NCBI GenBank assembly: GCA_001189215.1
Contig: LFCR01000004.1
Location: forward strand, 95,391 to 159,390
Direction: 5' to 3'
From: Parcubacteria bacterium C7867-008
GTDB lineage: Bacteria; Patescibacteriota; Minisyncoccia; Phycocordibacterales; Phycocordibacteraceae
Length of the DNA stretch: 64,000 bases
The position numbers were made by a program, and so were the translations under genes. Shown piece after piece: positions 59,009 through 64,000 of the stretch; position 1 is the stretch's first letter; each line of letters starts with the position of its first letter. The notes under the pieces are model-generated. The model was given only the letters and a program-made list of their open reading frames with translations. It searched no databases and had not been told where the DNA came from.

Positions 59009-59965
59009 ATGGAATACCAAGTCACCCTACCATCAAAGCCTCGCATCGTTTCTGAAGAAGGAGTTCAGGGCATTTACGAGATCGATTCTCTCTACCCTGG
59101 CTACGGTCATACCCTCGGCAACAGCCTTCGCCGCATTATTCTTTCGTCACTTCCCGGCGCAAGCATCACCTCAGTGAAGATTGAGGATGTTCAGCATGAG
59201 TTCGCTACCGTTGAAGGTATCCGCGAAACCGTTATGGAGATTCTCCTTAACCTTAAGCGCGTGCACTTTGCACTTCATGGAGATGAGGCTCAGACCGTCC
59301 GCCTTTCTGTAAAGAACGGTAAGGATGTTACTGCTGCTGAATTCTCGCTTCCTGCACAGGTAACTATCGCAAACCCAGACCAGCACATCCTTACGATGGC
59401 AGGCAAGGGTTCATTTGAACTTGAAGCAACTATCGAACGTGGTCTCGGCTACGTACCTCGTGAGCTTCTTACTAAGGAAAAGGTAGACATCGGTACTATC
59501 GCACTTGATGCAACCTTCACTCCCATCCGCCGCGTAAACTACGAGGTAGAGAACATGCGTGTTGGTGATCGTACTGATTTCAACCGCCTCCGTATCCTTA
59601 TTGAGACCAATGGTACTATCGGCCCACGCGAAGCACTTGAGAACTCAATTGAGATAATGATTCACCAGCTTAAGTCTATTGTTGGCTTCCAAGAGGATGA
59701 TGAGAACGTATCTGCTTCTTCAAGCCCAATGATGCTTGATGACGCTGATGCATCATCTAAGGACGTTTCTAAGATGAAGGTTGAGGACCTCACACTTGGC
59801 GCACGCATCATTACTGCCCTTACAGACGCTGGTATCAAGACCGTTGCTGGTCTATCCCGCAAGTCTGCAGGAGCACTTAAGGAACTCGATGGTATCGGTG
59901 ACAAAGCGGTCACGGAAATCGAAGAGGCCCTTGCAAGCCTTGGTGTAACGCTGAAAGGCGAGTAA
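59009..59965 (+). CDS. rpoA: RNA polymerase alpha subunit
   Basis: GYGHTLGNSLRRIILSS, DATFTPIRRVNY. Confidence 0.97.
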   Translation: MEYQVTLPSKPRIVSEEGVQGIYEIDSLYPGYGHTLGNSLRRIILSSLPGASITSVKIEDVQHEFATVEGIRETVMEILLNLKRVHFALHGDEAQTVRLSVKNGKDVTAAEFSLPAQVTIANPDQHILTMAGKGSFELEATIERGLGYVPRELLTKEKVDIGTIALDATFTPIRRVNYEVENMRVGDRTDFNRLRILIETNGTIGPREALENSIEIMIHQLKSIVGFQEDDENVSASSSPMMLDDADASSKDVSKMKVEDLTLGARIITALTDAGIKTVAGLSRKSAGALKELDGIGDKAVTEIEEALASLGVTLKGE

Positions 59966-60011
59966 TTTGGACGGGAATTAGTATTCGTGTTAGAACTATA
60001 AGACTTCAGGT

Positions 60012-60365
60012 ATGCGACATCACAAAAAAGGCCGTGCATTCAATCGCCCAGCAAATCAGCGCTCAGCGCTGATGAAGTCGCTTGCCCGCTCACTTATCAT
60101 CCACGAGAGTATTGCGACCACCGAAGCTAAGGCTAAGGAGCTCCGCCCATACATCGAAAAGATCATTTCACATGGTCGTGTTGATACCGTTGCGAACCGT
60201 CGCCTCGTATCATCTCGTCTCGGTAATGATGATGAGATCGTCAAGAAGGTCTTCACGACTCTTTCTCCTCGATACGCAACTCGTCCGGGTGGCTACACTC
60301 GTGTCGTGAAGCGCGCACCAAACGCCGTGAACGCGCGTGATAACGCCTACATCGCCTTCGTATAA
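60012..60365 (+). CDS. rplQ: 50S ribosomal protein L17
   Basis: MRHHK, TTEAKAKE, RPGGYTR. Confidence 0.97.
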   Translation: MRHHKKGRAFNRPANQRSALMKSLARSLIIHESIATTEAKAKELRPYIEKIISHGRVDTVANRRLVSSRLGNDDEIVKKVFTTLSPRYATRPGGYTRVVKRAPNAVNARDNAYIAFV

Positions 60366-60369
60366 TCCT

Positions 60370-60771
60370 ATGACTACCATCGCACAGAAAGTATCCAAGC
60401 AGCGTACCCTTCAGGGTGTTGACGAGATGACCTACACCATCGACGCATCCGGCCGTACCCTCGGTCGTGTAGCGAGCGATGCTGCACAGGCACTCCTTGG
60501 TAAGAAGTCCGTACACTACGTACAGAACAAAGTACTTCCGGTTCGTGTCACTATCACGAACGCATCGAAGGTGTCTATGACGGAGAAGCGTATTGCGAAC
60601 AAGACGTACATCCACTACACCGGATACCCAGGTGGTCTTCGTGAGGTGCCTATGGCGCGTTTCAAGGATAAGAAGGGTATTGAGGAAGTATTCCGCAAGA
60701 CCGTAGACGGTATGATCCCCCGCAACAAGCTGCGTAAGGAGCGTATGAAGCGCCTTACCGTTACCGCGTAA
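60370..60771 (+). CDS. rplM: 50S ribosomal protein L13
   Basis: IDASGRTLGRVAS, YTGYPGG, GMIPRNKL. Confidence 0.96.
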   Translation: MTTIAQKVSKQRTLQGVDEMTYTIDASGRTLGRVASDAAQALLGKKSVHYVQNKVLPVRVTITNASKVSMTEKRIANKTYIHYTGYPGGLREVPMARFKDKKGIEEVFRKTVDGMIPRNKLRKERMKRLTVTA

Positions 60772-60788
60772 GAGTTTAAGTAATTACT

Positions 60789-61193
60789 ATGACTGAAAAC
60801 ACCACTCCGTACATCGTCGCTATCGGCCGTCGCAAGACTGCTTCTGCGCGTGTCCGCATAACTCCTGCAGACAAGACCTCCGTAACCGTTAACGGTATGG
60901 ATGCGGCTGACTACTTCAAGACGAAAGAGCGTGGCTCCATCACGTTCGATGCACTTAATCTCGAAGAGGTAACAGGCACCTTCCAGGTATCTGCAAAGGT
61001 ACAGGGTGGCGGTCTTAACGCACAGGCACAAGCTATCCGTATGGGTATTGCTCGTGCACTCACAAAGAGCGAAGACACCCTGCGCAAGCCGCTTAAGGCT
61101 GCAGGCTTCCTCAAGCGTGACCCTCGCGCTGTTGAACGTAAGAAGCCAGGTCTCTTGAAAGCTCGCAAGCGACCATCTTGGTCTAAGCGTTAA
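60789..61193 (+). CDS. rpsI: 30S ribosomal protein S9
   Basis: GRRKTASARV, GGG, RDPRAVERKKPG. Confidence 0.97.
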   Translation: MTENTTPYIVAIGRRKTASARVRITPADKTSVTVNGMDAADYFKTKERGSITFDALNLEEVTGTFQVSAKVQGGGLNAQAQAIRMGIARALTKSEDTLRKPLKAAGFLKRDPRAVERKKPGLLKARKRPSWSKR

Positions 61194-61260
61194 TTGCGAA
61201 GAAAACCGCCTCTGGCGGTTTTCTTTTGACTACAACAATCCATTCCGGCATTATGGGGGT

Positions 61261-61812
61261 ATGAATGATGATGATGTTGTAATCGAGCAGGACGGTCTTG
61301 AAGAGACCGGTATGAGCGAAGAAGAACTTGAGGCCACCGAGTCTCGGGTAGACGCTAAAGCAACCAAACTTAAGAAAGAGCTTGATGCATGTAAGGTAGA
61401 ACGCCAGGAATACATGGATGGATGGCAACGCGCTAAGGCAGACTATGTGAATGCACTTAAGCGCTTCGAAGATGAGAAGAAGGCTTTGGTATCACGAGGT
61501 GTGGTAAAGAGTGTGGAAACATTCCTTCCAGCAATGGATTCACTAGCACGTGCAGAGGCAGCGGGAGAAATTCCTGACGCATTCCAAGGTATTGCAAAGC
61601 AGCTTCATGACGCGGCAAAATCTCTGGGCATGGAACAGTTTGGCTCTATTGGTGATGCCTTTGATCACAATCTCCACGAGGCTCTTGGACAGGATGCTGC
61701 TTCTACCAAAGAAGAAGATGAAACCGTGAGTGCAGTTCTTGAAAAAGGATGGAAGACTACGGAGTCTGTTATCCGTCCTGCAAAGGTCCGCGTTGCGCAG
61801 TTTGAAGGGTAG
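61261..61812 (+). CDS. grpE: Nucleotide exchange factor GrpE
   Basis: RAKADYVN, FDHNLHEA, VIRPAKV. Confidence 0.93.
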   Translation: MNDDDVVIEQDGLEETGMSEEELEATESRVDAKATKLKKELDACKVERQEYMDGWQRAKADYVNALKRFEDEKKALVSRGVVKSVETFLPAMDSLARAEAAGEIPDAFQGIAKQLHDAAKSLGMEQFGSIGDAFDHNLHEALGQDAASTKEEDETVSAVLEKGWKTTESVIRPAKVRVAQFEG

Positions 61813-61855
61813 TCTTAATCATTCGTATAGATACGTCTTGCTATAATTAGTGCAT

Positions 61856-62194
61856 ATGAAATTCTTCGTAACATTCCAGATGCCGCATGATGGCCTTGAT
61901 GATTGGCTAAAGCTTCCAGAAGAAGATCGTAAAGTACAAGAAACTAAAATGATGGACGATTGGAATGCATGGATGGATGCCCACAAAGATTCTGTTACGC
62001 AGGCAACAGGAGTAGGGAAGCCAAAGCGTATTACAGCCAATGGCATCGAAGATGCTCGCAACGATCTCATGATGTATTCCTTTGTTGAAGCAGACTCTCT
62101 CGAAGCTGCAGCAGAGATATTTAAAGGTCATCCGCACTTTGGTATTCCTGGCGCGTGGATAGAAGTGATGTCTGAGAACAAGAATACGAAATAG
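61856..62194 (+). CDS. YCII-like hypothetical protein
   Basis: WNAWM, YSFVEADSLEAA, HPHF..PGAWIEVM. Confidence 0.6.
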   Translation: MKFFVTFQMPHDGLDDWLKLPEEDRKVQETKMMDDWNAWMDAHKDSVTQATGVGKPKRITANGIEDARNDLMMYSFVEADSLEAAAEIFKGHPHFGIPGAWIEVMSENKNTK

Positions 62195-62222
62195 AAGGCT
62201 GTAGGAGTGTTAGGATTGCGAT

Positions 62223-62702
62223 ATGGAATTCATACACGCGATTGGCCTTAGTATTTCAGGAATCCTTCTTGCAGTATCAGGATTATTTGGCATACATACT
62301 GCGCCTGAACCAACGGCAGTAATTGCTACCACCACACCACCTATAGTGGTCGATAAGAATGTAGCTATCGTACCCACAAAGCCAGTAGAGATTCGCAGTA
62401 TTCCTACTGAAGCAAGCAAGCCAATACAGGTAGCAACAACATCACAAACAACTACTAAAAAACCTGCTGAATCCATAACCTGGACCCAGGCATATGAGTA
62501 TGGAAAAGAGTGTCGTATTAAATCACTGAGCTTTACCTACGAATCAAATTGGACTATAACCATTGCCGAATCGAGTACCTCGCCAGCAGTTACTGGATTT
62601 TACTTAAAAGGTGATAGTGAACCGGCCACAATACTCGGTGGCACGTATAGACAAGAGTACTTGAAACGCTGCGGCAAGAGTTTTGGAGGTTTCATCGAGT
62701 AG
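62223..62702 (+). CDS. Secreted/membrane-anchored hypothetical protein
   Basis: Hydrophobic N-terminus, Thr/Pro-rich linker. Confidence 0.6.
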   Translation: MEFIHAIGLSISGILLAVSGLFGIHTAPEPTAVIATTTPPIVVDKNVAIVPTKPVEIRSIPTEASKPIQVATTSQTTTKKPAESITWTQAYEYGKECRIKSLSFTYESNWTITIAESSTSPAVTGFYLKGDSEPATILGGTYRQEYLKRCGKSFGGFIE

Positions 62703-62774
62703 GGAAATAGAACAAAGACCGTACTTACCCAAAAACACCACTCATGCTTAAATAGTTCGCAGGGAGGACAGACC

Positions 62775-63011
62775 ATGAGCAGGACTCGAATGAACTATAC
62801 TCGCACCAGTGCGGTGCGGAGAATGGGTGTCAGCCGCACACACGAACTGAGAGGCTTTTCGGAAGTTCCACAGGAATTTGATGTGGGATCCTCGGTACGC
62901 ATCAAACTAACTGGTGTGATCACAAAGATAACCAGTAAGACAGATTGGGGAGACTACGTACTAGAAGGATATGAATGTTTTTTCCCAGGATCGGGCCTCG
63001 AAGAGGTATAG
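62775..63011 (+). CDS. Small SH3/KOW-like hypothetical protein
   Basis: FDVGSSVRIK.TGVI; SD GGGAGG; terminator at about 63034-63066. Confidence 0.55.
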   Translation: MSRTRMNYTRTSAVRRMGVSRTHELRGFSEVPQEFDVGSSVRIKLTGVITKITSKTDWGDYVLEGYECFFPGSGLEEV

Positions 63012-63104
63012 CGTTGCTTGATGAAGCAGCACAGAAAGGGGCGGCCCTCAGTGGCTCGCCCCTTTTGCTTTCTACTGATCCTGCAATCTCAGTTCTGAGA
63101 GGAC

Positions 63105-63133
63105 TTGAACACGCAAATTAACAGGCGTACAAT
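63105..63133 (+). promoter_or_regulatory. Sigma70-type promoter for dnaK
   Basis: TTGAAC-N17-TACAAT. Confidence 0.5.
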
Positions 63134-63195
63134 AGATCTATCAGTGCGAATGGGGCGAACTATTTTATAGGTTTTAATAACTATCTGACTTACCT

Positions 63196-64000
63196 ATGGC
63201 AAAGATTCTCGGTATTGACCTCGGCACTACAAACTCCGCTATGGCTATCATGGAGGGAGGAGAGCCACGTGTACTTGAAAACGCTGAAGGACAGCGCACG
63301 ACACCATCTGTCGTAGCTATCGCTAAGAACGGCGAGCGTATTGTTGGTACCCTCGCAAAGCGTCAGGCAGTAACAAACCCTAAGAACACAATCTACGGTA
63401 TCAAGCGCTTCATGGGTCATCGCTTTGATGATGCATCCGTAAAGTCTGATCTCGGCATCGTGCCCTACGAGATTAAGGCAGGACCAGACGGTGGCGCACA
63501 GGTACACCTTGGTGAGAAGGACTATCGTCCAGAAGAGATCTCAGCAATGATCCTTTCTAAGCTGAAGGCAGACGCAGAGGCAAAGCTGGGTGAGAAGATC
63601 ACTGAGGCGGTGATCACCGTTCCTGCATACTTCGATGACGCACAGCGTAACGCAACTAAGGCAGCAGGACAGGTAGCGGGTCTTGATGTGAAGCGCATCA
63701 TCAACGAACCAACCGCAGCAGCACTCGCCTACGGCTTCAACAAGAAGAAAGACGAAAAGATTGTTGTGTTCGACTTCGGTGGCGGTACCTTCGACGTCTC
63801 TGTTCTAGAAGTGGGGGATGACGTGGTTGAGGTAAAGAGCACCGATGGAGACAGCCACATGGGTGGTCGTGATATAGACCAGAAGATTGTTCGCTGGCTT
63901 GCCGACGAATTCAAGAAGGAATCTGGTATCGATATCACTAAGGATGCGCTCGCGCTGCAGCGTCTCGATGATGCTGCTGAGAAAGCAAAGCACGAGCTCT
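63196..64000 (+). CDS. dnaK: Chaperone DnaK, 3'-truncated by window edge; not in the ORF track
   Basis: [37 protein letters not shown]. Confidence 0.97.
   Translation, partial: MAKILGIDLGTTNSAMAIMEGGEPRVLENAEGQRTTPSVVAIAKNGERIVGTLAKRQAVTNPKNTIYGIKRFMGHRFDDASVKSDLGIVPYEIKAGPDGGAQVHLGEKDYRPEEISAMILSKLKADAEAKLGEKITEAVITVPAYFDDAQRNATKAAGQVAGLDVKRIINEPTAAALAYGFNKKKDEKIVVFDFGGGTFDVSVLEVGDDVVEVKSTDGDSHMGGRDIDQKIVRWLADEFKKESGIDITKDALALQRLDDAAEKAKHEL

Overview
The window looks like a Patescibacteria/CPR (Parcubacteria-like) chromosome segment. This is inferred from the gene set, shortened AlaRS, degenerate PriA and HolB, SD-less ribosomal-protein genes and pervasive leaderless promoters. The core backbone runs leuS (with a Nudix insertion), pyk, lexA, fmt/def, priA-like, murA, mreB, holB, mltG, mnmA, ung, alaS, infA-rpmJ-rpsM-rpsK-rpsD-rpoA-rplQ-rplM-rpsI, grpE and dnaK, plus tRNA-Asn(GTT). 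The main discovery is an integron-like cassette array at about 37.0-43.0 kb. It starts at an orphan tRNA-Gln-like 3' fragment. A 28-bp non-palindromic direct repeat (GGTTCCAACATCGTCCCAGACTGCCAGC; 10 clear and 2 decayed copies) separates single self-contained genes, and one unit appears to be a small RNA. Related 28-bp motifs with a similar left arm but a tRNA-Asn-like right arm punctuate genes downstream of tRNA-Asn, which suggests a general tRNA-anchored gene-capture system. No integrase is present in the window. Scattered through the backbone are stand-alone, often GC-rich genes with their own sigma70 promoter, 5' hairpin, SD and terminator. Several look alphaproteobacterial (two PEPxxWA-CTERM proteins, an XRE regulator, an outer-membrane barrel), a possible host footprint. 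There is also an unexplained, highly structured ~345-nt ncRNA candidate between priA and def. All family assignments come from motif recognition by eye; no database search was run.
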